A stretch of DNA of 63,316 bases, the filler included, from Octopus bimaculoides (lineage: Eukaryota), in the NCBI RefSeq assembly GCF_001194135.2. It is 4 parts of 4 records of this genome, joined end to end, with 100 filler letters (N's around TTAATTAATTAA, not from the genome) between each part and the next. Parts side by side here need not be neighbours in the genome. Positions count along the whole stretch, not along the records: positions 61,976 to 63,316 come from NW_026391960.1; 3 more parts are not named here. One strand, written 5' to 3'. Position 1 is the first letter of the stretch. Each line of letters opens with the position of its first letter. Made by a program: the position numbers and the translations under genes. Shown here one piece after another: positions 62,650 to 63,316 of the stretch. The notes under the pieces were generated by a model. It was not told the DNA's origin. It worked only from the letters and a program-made list of their open reading frames with translations, and did no database searches.

Positions 62650-62720
62650 TTGAGAGATAGACAAGCAAACAGACAGACAGACAGAGACAGTGAGAGGGAG
62701 AGAGGAAGGGAAGTGGTGGA
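62280..62720. repeat. (GA)n/(GAAA)n/(GACA)n purine-rich tract
   Basis: Direct inspection. Confidence 0.9.
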
Positions 62721-63094
62721 AGTAAAAGCTGAATTTTGGGGAAAGGAATATGAAATAGTGAAAGAGGAAGCGTGGTGAGAAATCTAGAGTAACATTGTAA
62801 GGGGAGGTAAAAGTAAAAGAAGGAAAGTGAGGGACAGACTGATTAAAGAGTAAATTAGATAGACTGAAAGATTGAATGAGTAAAAGTGAGAGGAGAAGAA
62901 GAGCGAAAAGAATGAGACAGAAAGGAAAAAAAGAATCTATGAAAAAAGCTACATTAAGAAGCTAATGGGAGGAGTTAAGGGTATTAGTAGGTGTGTCAAT
63001 GGTAAGGGGGCGTGTCTTAAATATATATTTTTTGGACGTTGGATCTGAGTGGCTGTGTATATCTGTAAATGTTGTTGCTCTGTTTGTTATTGTT

Positions 63095-63283
63095 TAGCCC
63101 TAAGTAAACCGTGATCGAGCAAAACAGACGTACGATTAAAGGTATTCCAGCCTTGACCATCATGCCTTCTTCCTATGTGGAGAGAACACACAACAACATT
63201 ATCCAAAGATTATCCAACGGATCTTTTAAGTCGGTAGGACGTGATTTAAGGAAAATTTGGCTGCTATTTTTTGAGCGAAAGGT

Positions 63284-63285
<2 letters not shown>
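63095..63285 (+). repeat. Unclassified interspersed repeat (family D)
   Basis: See 53440-53676. Confidence 0.55.

Positions 63286-63316
<31 letters not shown>

Noticed and set aside
1264-63316. Long ORFs in the track made of X runs or microsatellites (poly-VC, YI, HT, M, F, R, S peptides)
   Set aside because: They are products of N gaps and simple repeats, with no coding signal.

Overview
AT-rich, gap-containing eukaryotic DNA with no recognisable intact host protein-coding gene. The tRNA-derived SINE families and dense (CA/TA/TATG)n microsatellites point to an octopus genome; this is inferred from repeat content only. The main structure is an old, internally repetitive tandem array (about 455-22440). 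It holds seven decayed copies of a short plus-strand reading frame (about 200 codons where both ends are traceable) made of 23-aa STPR-like repeats. In six copies these are followed by a Helitron-type CxxC...CC-xxGKV zinc motif and a stop at the same position. The array is riddled with insertions: four related solo LTRs (two nested), an L1/Tx1-type ORF1-only element, a full-length decayed mariner, a MITE-like element, SINEs, and a Gypsy pol fragment at its right edge. The rest of the window is a transposon graveyard: a Penelope-like RT/GIY-YIG element, a hAT transposase, three more Tc1/mariner relics, RTE LINE 3' ends (two with tandem C2H2 fingers), an internally deleted Helitron with an intact CTAG 3' end, and a minimal hammerhead-ribozyme-like motif next to a (TA)n tract. 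Three 100-bp N pads containing TTAATTAATTAA are assembly joins. Coordinates were counted by eye and edges of decayed elements are approximate.
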